NCBI GenBank assembly: GCA_951406725.2 | Contig: OX597824.1 | Coordinates: forward strand, 44,516,001-44,580,000 | DNA: 64,000 nt | Source of the DNA: Octopus vulgaris | Lineage: Eukaryota | Direction of reading: 5' to 3' | Shown here: in pieces, positions 25,361 through 37,870 of the stretch | Layout of the letters: each line of letters begins with the position of its first letter | How positions within the stretch are numbered: the stretch's first letter is position 1 | Notes under the pieces: model-generated | Database searches by the model: none | The model's input: only the letters and a program-made list of their open reading frames with translations | What the model was told of the DNA's origin: nothing | Translations under genes and position numbers: made by a program

Positions 25361-25705
25361 TGCCACCCGCACAGGTGCCAGACAGAGCTGGCAAACGGCC
25401 ACGAACGGATGGCACATAAAAAGCACCATCCGTTCGTGGCCGTTTGCCAGCTCTGTCTGGCACCTGTGCGGGTGGCACGTAAAAAGCACCCACTACACTC
25501 ACGGAGTGGTTGGCGTTAGGAAGGGCATCCAGCCGTAGAAACACTGCCAGATTTGACTGGGCCTGATGAGCCTTCTGGCTTCAATAGCCTTCTGGCTTCA
25601 ATAGCCTTCTGGCTTCAATAGCCTTCTGGCTTCACAGACCCCAGTAGAACTGTCCAACCCATGCTAGCATGGAAAGCGGACGCTAAACGATGATGATGAT
25701 GATGA
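25361..25705 (+). mobile_element. Young RTE 3' end with a 52-bp 5' fold-back and an internal 17-bp tandem amplification
   Basis: 25361-25412 is the exact reverse complement of 25426-25477. gccttctggcttcaata is repeated from 25570 to 25634. (GAT)n tail. Confidence 0.9.
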
Positions 25706-25730
25706 CATATATATATACATACATATATAT

Positions 25731-25935
<205 letters not shown>

Positions 25936-26399
25936 TACGTATATATACATACATTTATTAAAGATTACATGGGTTTAGAGCACATCCACTTTATAAGATG
26001 TTCAGAATCAGAGTGAAGAGCATTTAAAAGAAATTTAATATGGCTTCTAGGTGAGAGTATTTAGGCCTTCAGTGGGCACTTCAGGTCAAGCAATTGTTTT
26101 ACCTGTCTTAGCATAATCAGTTCTTTCATCAAATACCTTATGTGGTAAAAAAGACAGGATGTTGGTGTCAGCCCTTGTTCTGCAGGGTGTGGCACTTCAA
26201 CCCATTTAGTTATCATGTGGGGAGTTAACCAATTTGGATGGTGTCAAGTTACATATAAGTCTGTGTGATCATTATGTCTGCTGGATATGACAGTAGGCTG
26301 TAATCTCCACATATATTAAGGATTATACACTACCATTGTGCATGGGCTTGCTATTTCTATGGTAATATATCTGGGTTATCAGCAACTAATGGTTTGGAA

Positions 26400-27500
26400 T
26401 TCATTAACAGGACATGTTTGGTTGCAGCATTAGGATAGGTCAGCTTTCCTACAGAGTGATGGAAAATGTGCAATTTCTTATGGAGGCAGGGTTAGCAATT
26501 ATGAATTCCAGATAAGGTAGGGTACCGTTTTAAAGATGCCCCATGCAAAGTCGGGGGAGTTATTTTCATTATCTCATTTTCCAGATGAAACGGTACATCC
26601 GAAAGAGTGCATGTGTTGCATGAATCTTCCCTTAAAGTTATTGGCCATCATGCCAATGTAGTGTCTCAGGATGCCACTACATAATATAATGATAATTCTA
26701 TAGAAAAAAAGGATTCAATGGTCAGTTGATAAGATGCTAACAGTTATAGATTGGAATGTAGGGAGAAGATTGTGTGGATGTATGTTTGCTTCTCTTGTAA
26801 CAAGCAATATTGGAAGTGAGATAATTTAAACATGAGTAGTTAATCTTGATGTTATGGGAATTAAAGTTTATGATATCTATAAGTTCTTAGGAAATGTTGT
26901 CTAATTAGAATTAGGAAGCCTCTAGATTGAATAGAGGATTAAACTGGATTAGCTTTCTCTTTCTAATTCTCCTTGGGTTTGGGAGTGGGAGATCCTTCAT
27001 ATCTACTAACTTATCAGTAAAGCCACACCTCACAAGCACCTTGTTATAATAAGGTGCAATCCTTTTCAATCTCTCTCTCTTGGAGATTCTTCTACTGAAA
27101 CCAATGACTAAATTTCAAATTACAGATGAAGGGTGCTCGAGTATCATTGAGTATAAACAATTTCCTCACTGGGTTTTCTGTAAGGGTAGTAATTGCCTGT
27201 CTTAAGATCTAAGATTATATCACGGCAGTTAACCTTTGTTAAGTTGGTGGAGTTAGGATAATAGTTATGGTTAGGCTGAATTCTTTGAAGATGTTTTTAA
27301 AATTCTTATTGAACTTATCCATAGCATAGCCATTCATGTAGCTTGAGATTGTCATCATCCTTGTACAAGCTTGAACTATGGGAGCATGTATATTTCTTTT
27401 TTTAGGGTATCCAAGATAAGTACTCAATGAAGTCAGTGACTTGGCCCTGTCGTAGCTCCTTGTGGATGGCGTTACATTTTTTCCCGGTAGGAATCATCAT
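26400..27500 (-). mobile_element. Degenerate Penelope-like element (RT, linker, GIY-YIG)
   Basis: Minus-strand remnants in the expected order: SYD.A, KDD, GNYYPYRKP, RKRKLIQFNPLF (cf. RKRxIIWFNPPY), HYIGMMANNFKGRFMQHMHSF. Confidence 0.8.
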
Positions 27501-28048
27501 TAAACAGGACAATCTTAACATGATTTGATTAAATTGTATCATTCCCTGATTTTAGTAATACCTACACAAGTAACAAACCTCCTTTACTTTCAGAAGGGCA
27601 TCCAACCCCTAAAAATCATGCCAAAATAAAGTGACATACACATGGCCTATTTTGATCTGTAGTTGTGTATGCTAGATGACAAAGGAGTGCAACAAGTTGT
27701 GAGATGCTATGAGACTTGTTCAGCATGATAAAACAGGCATAAAATTATGATGATGATGATATTACTGCATGTGTGTGTGTGTGTGTGTGTTTATTCATTT
27801 TGCATTCATTTTTCTATGCTTGCATAGACAAATATATTATTTGAAGCATTGTTCTACAATCATATGCCCTTCCTGATGCAGACTCTTCCCTGTTTTTTAA
27901 GTGTAGGATCACTTATTCCACCACAAAAAGGCACAAAGTAACTCGATTTGTTGAAAGGGGAAACTGACAAGAGCATTGCCTGATGATCTATTGTACAAAC
28001 AATAGCACATGGAAACAAAAAACAAACATATAGACACACACACACATA

Positions 28049-28918
28049 AAGGGTGAGTGGAAAGTAACTAGGCATTAAAAATTGCTTATAGAATTTTTAA
28101 TATCATTGAAGTCATGACGAAATCATTTTTTAAACAGACAACACTAATGGGGATTTCTTATTTTATTGTCATATTTCTTATTTTCCAGATGGCTAGTCAC
28201 TTGACTGGTCAGGAGCGACCTAAGATAGCAGCACACTATGAAGTGTGGAATTCCATTGTTTTGGTTCAGAGATGGTGGTGTGCATAGAAAGGTAAGCATG
28301 CAACACTACATCCAGAGACAATAAAAAGTTGTCATGCAAAGCTGATGACCACAGGCTCTATGAACGACACAAAAAGTGGCTGTCCAACCACATCCCAATC
28401 AGCAGAGAACATGGTAACAGTGCAGGAAATGTTTAATCACAGCCCTCAAAAATTATCACGTCAAGCAGCTTGTGAAAGTGGACTAGCAAGACACACAGTA
28501 CATATGGTGTTGCCTAAAGAACTGAATTTTCGTCCGTGGAAGCCCTATTATATGCAGGAGCTAAAACCTGAAGACTGTGACTGCAGAAGTCCAGAAGTCC
28601 AGATCTCACTTCATGTGATCTTTACCTGTGGAATTACACAAAAGAGGAGGAGTACAAGACAAAACCTCACACACTGGAGGACTTAGAGACACAGATTCAG
28701 GTTCTCAAAGATATCCTAGATGATGTCCTTCAGGTTCATTCCATCCCTGGCCATTTGAGAAAACTGATTGATGCCACCAGTGCTTACATTGAAATATGAA
28801 GATTTACTTTCATTTCCCATGTAATAACAAACATGTATCATTTCTTTCAATAAATTTGTAAACAGAATATAGATTTTACTACCAATTTTTAATGCCTGCT
28901 TACTTTTCATTCACCCTG
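28049..28918 (+). mobile_element. Internally deleted Tc1/mariner-superfamily transposon
   Basis: TIRs agggtgagtggaaagtaactaggcattaaaaattg / caatttttaatgcctgcttacttttcattcaccctg with TA flanks. HTH remnant TTGSMNDTKSGCPTT...SPQKLSRQAA and an SPDLT..DF-like block. The DDE centre is missing. Confidence 0.9.
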
Positions 28919-28933
28919 TATGTGTGTGTGTGT

Positions 28934-28968
<35 letters not shown>

Positions 28969-28970
<2 letters not shown>

Positions 28971-29071
28971 TGGTGCAGCCTTCGGGCTTCCCAGACCCCA
29001 GTTGAACCATCCAAGCCATGCTAGCATGGAAAGCGGACGTTAAACAATGATGATGATGATGATGATGATGA
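28969..29071 (+). mobile_element. Short RTE 3' end
   Basis: ctggtgcagccttcgggcttcccagacccc ... gcggacgttaaacaatgatgatgat. Confidence 0.88.
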
Positions 29072-29586
29072 TATATATATATATAAAACTGTAGTTGTGT
29101 GAGTGCCTGTCCCCTTCGATTTAGATTCCTAACTACTCCCACATTTTGCGGTGCAGTTTAACCAAATTCGGGTATCTTATAGTCGTGATTCATATCGAGC
29201 CCATCTGAGTATTAGCGCGCATCTACGATGAGTCTACGATTTTAAAAATAATTTAACATCATTTTTTATTCCATTTTAATGCATAATTTTTCGTGTGTCG
29301 ATGGCGGCGGAGTTGGCGTCCATGGTCACACCTGCACCTGTTTGCTTCTGCCCCTTCTTCCCTCCCTCGTGAAGCTGTGGGGAAGGGAGTGTAAGGAAAT
29401 CAACGTCATAAAGCGTTGTCAAGGAGACCAGCGTTCTTTTAGAACAACGACTTCATGGCTTGAAGACACCAAAACAGAAATGGCTAAGAAAGCCCGAATT
29501 GGCATCTATAAGGGAAGTAACTCTCTAAAAATGCTTATATAGTTATTTCCCTTACAAACCCAAGCAACGCCGGGCGATACTGCTAG
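29072..29586 (+). mobile_element. Non-autonomous Helitron
   Basis: 3' end cccaagcaacgccggg hairpin followed by ctag|t (29583-29587). 5' end atatatataaaactgtagttgtgtg. No TIR or TSD; CpG-rich relative to flanks. Confidence 0.8.
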
Positions 29587-29599
29587 TATATATATATAA

Positions 29600-29990
29600 G
29601 TACAGACATGGCTGTGTGGTAAAAAGCTTGTTTTCCAACCACATGGTTTAAGGTTCAGTCCCACTGTGTGGCACTTTGGGCAAGTGTCTTCCACTATAGC
29701 CTAGATCTGACCAAAGCCTTGTGAGTGGATTTGGTAGAGGGAAACTGAAAGAAACCATCATGTATGTGTGTGTGTATTTATCCCCCACCACCACTTGACA
29801 ACTAGAGCTGGTTTATTTACATCTCTGTAACTTAGCAGTTTAGCAAAAGAAGAACAATAGAATAAGTAGCAGGGTTTAAAAAGAAAAGCAAAGTACTGGC
29901 GTCAATTTATTTGACTAAAAGTTCTTCAAGGTGGTGCCTCAGCATGGCCACAGACTAATGAACTGAAACAGATCAAAGATACAAGATATA
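29600..29990 (+). mobile_element. SINE family B, full length
   Basis: Colinear with 24273-24665. Confidence 0.9.
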
Positions 29991-29993
29991 CAC

Positions 29994-30338
29994 AGTGAAA
30001 AATATTAAAAGAAGAAAAATGCACAGAAATTATATTTTGGACAAAATATTTACATATATTTTTATAAAATAATATATTTAATAATCAACTGGTTTTGCCT
30101 GTGCTAATTATGACTAAGAAATTAGTGATAATGTTACAGTTTCAAGCTATCATAAGAAGTTATATCCTTTCTTCTGCTAATATGGAAGGGAAACTTCTTA
30201 TGATAGCATGAAATTGTAACATTAGCACTAACTTCTTAGTCAAATATGTATATTTTATTTATGTGAGTGAGTGTGTGTGTGTGTATTGTCCCACATAAAA
30301 TCTCCTTGCATTTTCTTTCTTTTTATCATTTTGCACTA
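29994..30338. repeat. Nested inverted repeat (fold-back)
   Basis: Inner arms 30111-30161 and 30192-30242 (51 bp, 4 mismatches). Outer diverged arms at about 29994-30044 and 30286-30338. Confidence 0.85.
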
Positions 30339-30589
30339 CTATTCACCAGATGAAAAAAAAAAATTCATCGAACCTTTTCTGTATATATACATACATATAC
30401 AGATAGACAAATGATCTTTTAGTTTCTGTCTATCACTTACAAGGAGCTGTTGGCCTAGGGCTATAGTAGAAGATGTGCAGTGAGATTGAACACAAAACCA
30501 TGTGGCAGAGCTGTAAACATCTCAACCACATAGCTATGCCTGCATCTATAGCCATGCATATGTATACAGACTAGATTAGTGTTATGAGA

Positions 30590-30772
30590 GAAATTTAGAG
30601 ATAGTTTTAGCTGAAGAATGGTTAAAAATTCGTTTGGAAACAATTCAAAATTTGTATGAGTCCATACCTCATAGAATTCAAGCTGTAATTATTGCCAAAG
30701 GCAGTCCTTCCCCATATTAAAATAAATTTGTTTGAAATTTTAAGGTGTTTCCATTATTTTGTCCAACCCCTG
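30590..30772 (+). mobile_element. Tc1-like transposon 3' end
   Basis: QNLYESIPHRIQAVIIAKGSPSPY* (Tc1 C-terminus), then terminal attattttgtccaacccctg followed by TA. Confidence 0.8.
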
Positions 30773-30782
30773 TATATATATA

Positions 30783-30820
<38 letters not shown>

Positions 30821-30823
<3 letters not shown>

Positions 30824-31315
30824 TGTACTTGAGAAGACCTGGCAAGCCAAATGAGGCCATAACCTTGTGGCCTATGCCAGGGGTGTAACCAGCCCACTTA
30901 TGCGTACCTTTCCTTCATTGGACACTGCTTGCGAAGACCTGTTGAGGCAAGTGAAATCGAAATCAAATTCGATGACTGGCATCCGTGCTAGTGGAGCACT
31001 AAGAGCACCATCTGAGTGTGATCGTTGCCTTACTGGCACTTGTGCCGGTGTGTAGATGGCATGTAAAAATAAAACACCATTTGGGTGTGGCCATTGCCAG
31101 TACTGCCTGACTGGCCCTCGTGCCGGTGGCACGTAAAAGCACCCACTACATTCTCGGAGCGGTTGGCATTAGGAAGGGCATCCAGCTGTAGAAACTCTGC
31201 CAGATCAAGATTGGAGCCTGGTGCAGCCATCTGGTTCGCTAGTCCTCAGTCAAATCATCCAACCCATGCTAGCATGGAAAGCAGATGTTAAACGAGGATG
31301 ATGATGATGATGATA
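30821..31315 (+). mobile_element. 5'-truncated RTE LINE (ORF end AVLEKTWQAK* plus 3' UTR)
   Basis: Begins with the last codons seen in the long copy at 53775-53990. About 3 UTR modules, (GAT)n tail, (TA)n flanks. Confidence 0.9.
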
Positions 31316-31999
31316 TATATATATATAATAAAAGAACATCAAAGAATGGAGTTAACTAACAGCATTTACTGTTTAGTTTACACGTTTCAGTCTTGCATCA
31401 TGCCATTTCTATGTTAATTACTGAGTCTATCTCCATATATTGTGGAGTTCTTCCCTAATAGTCAATAGTGAAGTTAACTTGTCTGAACATAACAACAAGC
31501 AATATTTATCTGTGGGCATATGTAACAGGTTCCTGTATTATTTCTATTGACCAAATTCCACTTACAGCAACTCAATTGGTCATCTGAAAAGTATGATAGG
31601 ATATACTTACCCAAGATACCACACAATGAAAACAAACACAGAACCATGTGGTTCTGAAATGAACTTCTTAACTACATGCCTGTTTTACAACTGTTTATTT
31701 TTTTTTTTTATATGCTGGCAGATCACATCTCACTTAAATGTCTTTTTTTTACATGATTTCCATGGCTGGATGCTCTTCCCAACTTCAACCATTTTATGCA
31801 ATGTTAGGTGCACTTTTTGCAGCACCAGCACTATAGAGGCTGCTTTGCCATATGCAAACTAAAGAGCCATCTCAAACCCTGTGCTGTTGCTGCTTAAATT
31901 GATAACTAACCAATTACAAACTGTATTGGGTATTTTTCATGGCACCAGTACTATTGGGATTGCTTTACAGTTAGCAAAGTGAAAGAGAGACCACATGAA

Positions 32000-34400
32000 G
32001 GATGGAATACATACATGAAATATTTGCAAAAATGGAAACCAACAATGAACAAAAAGCTCTCATCTAACTGTAAATTTGGATTCCAACCGACTAGCTAATT
32101 TAAGAAGATACTAAAAATTGAAAATATTTCAGACACAGAAATAAATGCTTAGAAAAAAGAATACACAATGAAAATACAAAACTGCAAAAATACAAACCAC
32201 AAAAATAAAGCATTGAAAACATAAATCAGAGAGATAGACAAAAATGAAACAAATAAATGAAACAACAAAACCCTACAAAAACAAACTCCAGCACAGCTAC
32301 AGAATATTGACCAACAAAAACTGAATCAGAACTACACTAATAAAAATATGAACACCAATGGATATAAAAAAACAAAGATTTAAGGGTAGAAAGATCTAAA
32401 GTTAGAAATTTTTAATATGACAATAATCTACAGATGGAAATAGTTAAAAAAAATTAAATCAATAAATCTTTTTCTGGACTAATGAAAGACCCTGCCAAAT
32501 ATAAAACTTAATGAAAAAATAACAGTAACAATAAAAAAAAATCAAACTGTGCCATCATAGATACATTTGAAACAAATGTGAAAATCAATATCAGCAGGAT
32601 AAATCAACTAATCTATGCAACAGCAATGGTATCACAAAGGAAAGTGGTTATCTTCTCATAGAGGAAGATCTAAAACCTAACAAAATAATGTGGAAAACTA
32701 CACAGAGAAGACTAGAAAATGGCTATTGAGATTGATAACAAAAACGCATAAATGAAAAATATAGCAGAAATATAAAACATTTCCCCCTAAAATATCATCT
32801 GAAATCAAGTCAAAGTGATTGAAAAATCACAAAGACTTCATTATTATAAATACCAGTAATGCTTTTTTAAACATTTTTTGAACAAAGCAAACAGTTCATC
32901 CCCCAACCAAAATTATTTTACCAAGAATCAAGTAAAATTGAAAATAAAAAAACCCAAACGGTGCCAAATACAAGAAGTATAAAACTTTGGGGAATTAGTA
33001 TAGACAGCAGACAGATTGCCAAAGTACCAAAATTCTTGCCAAAATATCAAACAAATACCAACCCACAAAGTACTTGCAAAGATAGCCAACAATTTACAAA
33101 AAGAAGCAAAAACATCTAAATGGTTCGCAAAGGAAAAAATCTTAACAACTCTTCAGAAACAGAAAAAAAAAAAAAGAATGTTAACCAACTAGTCTAGAAT
33201 ATACAATGCTTTAGCATCAGTTTTGTTCCAAAGGTAAAGTACTCAACTGGCATCAATTTCCCATCACCACTCAGCCTTTTTCTGAAGAACAGAAAGAGTG
33301 TTCCAGAGGTTCATGTGGAGCAACAAAGTTATAACTAAAGACTGTGGATGATGAAAATGGGCCTGGGTATGATGCAGATTGATTATCATAAAATTCTCCA
33401 TCTATAGAGTTTGGAATCATTAGGTATGAGAAAAGCAGTACCAATAATAAGTAGGTACATCAAACATGCTGGAGTAAGGGTATAGACACAAACAAAAGAA
33501 AGAATTACAAAAACAAAATCAATTCAATTAGAAAACAAAAATTCTAAGGATACCCACATCTTCTTTTGTCTGGCACTGGATTCTTTTAACCTAAATACAA
33601 GACGAAGTTATTTGCAGACATACATGCTATAGTGTGATAATCAACACATGAATTCCGTCATAGTCAACTTCACCTTTCATCCTTTCAGGATCGATAAAAT
33701 AAGTATCAGTTGAGTGCCAAGGCCAATGTAATTGACTTAGCTGCTCCCTCAAAATTACTGGCCTTGTGCTAAAATTTGAATCAAATATTATAGATGTATT
33801 GGATAAATATTTAGAATTGAAATTAATGTAAAAAAAATAAGGAAATAGGTATAATAGGAATCAATACCTTATTTGTTCTAATAATAATTACAGTGATAAT
33901 ATTAACTGGAAGTGAAATGAATTTGCAAGATTAGATAGATAAACAAAGAAATGAATATCAGAATTTAAAATATATCTCTTAAAAAGCTGACATAGAAATA
34001 TTATATTTAGCTGAACACAAAGAGGTGGGAAAGACCTCCCACCTCTCTGTCATTAACCATTCACTGTAGCATTACAAAAATATCTATTTAAGAAAATGAA
34101 TACAAATTAGTAAAAATAACTTATAAAATGTAAACAAAACTAAAAAAAAAATCTATTTTCCATCTACAATTAAGCTGACAGCTTAAAAACTGAAATAACA
34201 GCCATTTGTGAGAAAGATAGAGAAATATCGGAAAATATTTTTAAAACACCAATAACTGAAGTAAATACAGTACAACAAAATTGCCATGCTGAGATATTTG
34301 ACTGAGCAAATCAGAAGTATATAAAGAAAATCCCAACTGCAAGTTAAGAAGCTGAGAACTCAAAACTGAAACCAACCAAAGGGTTTCTGATCATGGCAGA
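32000..34400 (+). mobile_element. Highly degenerate R4/Dong-type LINE
   Basis: A-rich coding-like strand with remnants such as FSEEQKEC.RGSCG, corresponding to PHEQKGC..CRGT in the 55.5-57.9 kb copy. Interrupted by a SINE A fragment at about 33650-33790. Confidence 0.55.
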
Positions 34401-34649
34401 TATGTTGTAGGCTGTATTCTTTGACTGTACACCTATGAGTAAACGAATGAAAGATTTTATGGTTGTGGGATTTGATTGTGTAAGGGATGTAGGGAGGCAT
34501 TCTAAGAAAGATGCTGTCAGTCATTCAGCCGTTTCACAAGTGAAGTAAATATTATACCAAGAGTGGTCAGCATAAAAATAGTAAGCATCAAGTAGTAAAG
34601 GATTTAGAAGGTAGTTTTTATGTAACAGAATGGCATAGAGTTGAATTAC

Positions 34650-34710
34650 CTTAATTAGGCACTGATTATGTGATCCAATGGTAACAGAAATGATGGTGGT
34701 AGGAGAGAGG
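34650..34710 (-). CDS. Candidate internal exon, 61 nt (LSPTTIISVTIGSHNQCLIK)
   Basis: Branch-point-like ctgac, pyrimidine tract and acag acceptor; donor AAG|gtaatt. Only the phase 2 to phase 0 frame is open. Confidence 0.35.
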
Positions 34711-35399
34711 CTGTGTTTAAAAATGGCAAAAAGGTCAGGAATGAAGTTAAGTTTAACAGTGCTAAGATTAAAATCTTATACAAAAAGTCAATGCCTAATA
34801 CAAAACCTCCATAGAAAAATAACATTTTAGCACAATGTAGATGAAAAGCAAAGTAAACACAAACTGAAACAATAGCAATACCACTGAGCCAATGAGGGAT
34901 CCCATACTTAGCCACTTGAACTGTGAGAAATGGCAGCTAAATCTCCCTCAGATTTCACCCTACCATCTTAACACTTTTGATAATACAGTCCTACAAAACC
35001 TTAAAAAGATCGAATGGCCATAGCTGGAATACCTTTCATCAAAGTCCTTGATCAGGATTGAGCTAGGGCTAAATAAGAACAACAATGGTACTACCATAGA
35101 ATTTATAGTTTCTTTCTTACATTATTTTCAAAAAGAAAACTAGCAAATATATCAAAGTGATACCAAATTTTGAAGTAGAAAACACAAGAAATCCATTTAT
35201 AGTAGACAAAGACCACAAATAAAAATGTGGGAAATATAATAGAACATTAAAAATATATGCAGGAAGTGTTAAGGAAAAATTGCTTTTTTCCAGGCTTTCA
35301 GTGAGGTCACAATTTTCCCATGAATTGCATTGAACTAGATGTTGTATAGCTATTTACCAGCGTTGTCATTATTATCACATTCTAATTATTATAACATCA

Positions 35400-36845
35400 A
35401 TGGTTTCTAATTTAGGTACAAAGCCAGCAGTTTGGAGGGAAGGGGATACCATCATCCCCAATACTTAACTGGTGCTCTATTTTATCAACACTGTAGGGAT
35501 GAAAAGCAAAACTGATCCTAGGGGAATCAAAACTCAGAAAGCAAAGAGCATTAAATAAAATACAAAACATCTTTTCTTAATGCTCTAATGATTCTGTCAG
35601 CTTGCAGTCTTGATAAAAACAATGTTTCTTTGTTGGGTTTTTTTTAGGTATAAGGCCAGCAATTTTGAGGGGCGGGGCAAGCTGTTGATACCATTGACTC
35701 CAGTATCTGACAGGTACTTTATTTTAATCAACCCCAGATGACCTCAGCAGGATTTGAACACAGAATGTAAGGAATGAATACTGAAATGCATTTTTTGACA
35801 CTCTACAGGCCCATTGCCTTTCACCGGTTTCTGATTTAGTACAAGGTCAGTAACTTTGAGAGAAGGTCAGTCAAGATATCAGCCCCAGTACTTGACTGGT
35901 ACTTTATTTTATCAAACCTAGGAAGATGACAAGGATGTGAACTCAGAACATGAAGAGCCATAACTATATATCACAAGGTATTTTGTACAAAATTCTAATG
36001 ATTCTATCAATCCATCATAATGATATTGATTTCAAATTTTGGCACAAGACCTGTAATTTTGGGGGCAGGGATAAGTCAGTTACATTGACCCCATCACTCA
36101 AATGGTACTCAAAATATTTTTGTTGTTTTTGTAAAATCTCAGAAAATAATTAAAAATTCACATTTTTTTATAAACCCTGAAAAGATGAAAGGCAAAGTTA
36201 ACCTCAGAATGTGAAGAAGGGTAAAATGCTGCTAAACATTTCACCCAGTGTGCTAATGATTCCACCAGCTCGTCACCTTATCCATTATAACAATATTACT
36301 TCTAATTTCATAATGATGATAACAACACTTTCTAACTTAGTGCAAGAACAGCAATTTTTAGGAGAGAGGATAAGACAATGTCCAACTGGTACTTATCTTA
36401 TCATCCCCAAAATGATGAAAGCAAAGTGAACATTGGTAGGATTTGAATTCAGAGCATAAAGAGCTAGGAGAAATGCTGCTAAGCATTTTGTCCAATGTGC
36501 TAATGATTCTGCGAGCTCATTGCCTTCATAATGATGATTTCAGTAATAACAATAATCCTTTCTACTATAGGCACAAGGCCTGAAATTTTGGGGGAGGGTA
36601 TTAGTCAATTACATTGACCCCAGTGCTTCACTGGTACTTAATACATCAACCCCAAAAGGATGAAAGGCAAAGTTGACGTCAGCAGAATTTGAACTCAGAA
36701 CATAGTGGCAGACATAATACTGCTAAGCATTTAGCCCAGCGTGCTAACGATTCTGCCAGCTTACCACCTTAATAATCCTTTCTACTAAAGGCGCAAGGCC
36801 TGAAATTTTGGATGAATGGATGAAAGGCAAAGTCGACCTCAGCAG
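35400..36845 (-). mobile_element. Cluster of about 7 co-oriented SINE family A copies
   Basis: Successive copies start at about 35400, 35640, 35826, 36026, 36330, 36553 and 36773, each with the ggcacaagg...aatttt...actggtact...gaactcagaa pattern. Confidence 0.85.
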
Positions 36846-36869
36846 AGGCCAATAGCAACAACAACAACA

Positions 36870-37870
36870 ATAATAATGATTTCTTTTATTTGCCACCAGA
36901 GTAAAGGATGAGGGGAACAATACAAAGACAGGCATAAAGTGTGGGGATTTATATACAATGGAATGATAAACAAAAAAGAAAATAGTATACACAGTATACA
37001 ATAAAAGAATGAAAGGATACATAGCATATGATAGAAAGAGAGGAGAAAAAAAGATGATAGTGATGTGGTCCCCTTGAAACAGAAGGACCTCTAGTGATAA
37101 TTGAGAAACCCCACCAGTCAAGATCTCCCTGAATATGAAGGCTAAGTACCCTCCCTAATTCCTTTCCTCCAATTCACAGGTACCATCCACTCTAACCATT
37201 TTCACATCTTTTACCCACTTGTAAATAAATTCACTTGAGGACAGCACTTCCCTCTTTGCCCTCACTTACCTTTCAAAGTGAAACTTGGAAAAATCAAGGG
37301 CTCTACCAAAGAGGAACATCTCTGTCCCCATTCCTTTTAGCCTCATCCACCATACAACCTCTTTTTCCACAAGAAAAACTGCCTTGGCTGCCCAATTAAA
37401 AGAGGGCAGTGGGGCTACCGTCACTATGGCAATCAGTGGGGCAACTATTACTATGGCCAACAGACAGATCTGTCCCACACACAACAGCAGCTGTTTGATA
37501 TAACTCCAAAAGTTAGCAATGCCCGAATGCTGAATGAATGCATGCAGAATGGTCTTGTCACTTTGCGCACACCTTGGACAACCTTGTCTGACAGCACATC
37601 TGTGCCTGTAGAGTTTATCCTGAACCAGTAGTTCTAATCTCCCCGCCCCCACTCCTGTAGCCTCTCAAGGACAGCTTCTTCTCTGCCCATTTCTTGGAAA
37701 GACTGGCCACCCTGTTTCTCATCTAATCCCAATTCTTATCTACCTGGTGGTCAGGACCAAACCAGACCTCAAGCAGTTTAACTGGTCTGTCAGTCCAGAG
37801 TCTGATGACACCATCTGACAACATTGATCTGCCTCTTCACGTGCCTATTTACCCAGGCCATATAATACTC
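36870..37870 (-). mobile_element. L1/Tx1-type LINE 3' fragment
   Basis: ORF 37266-37652: LLVQDKLYRH...CPRCAQSDKTILHAF...FW (C-terminal zinc-knuckle region of L1/Tx1 ORF2), then a T-rich 3' UTR, aataaa and (ATT)n on the minus strand. Confidence 0.75.
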
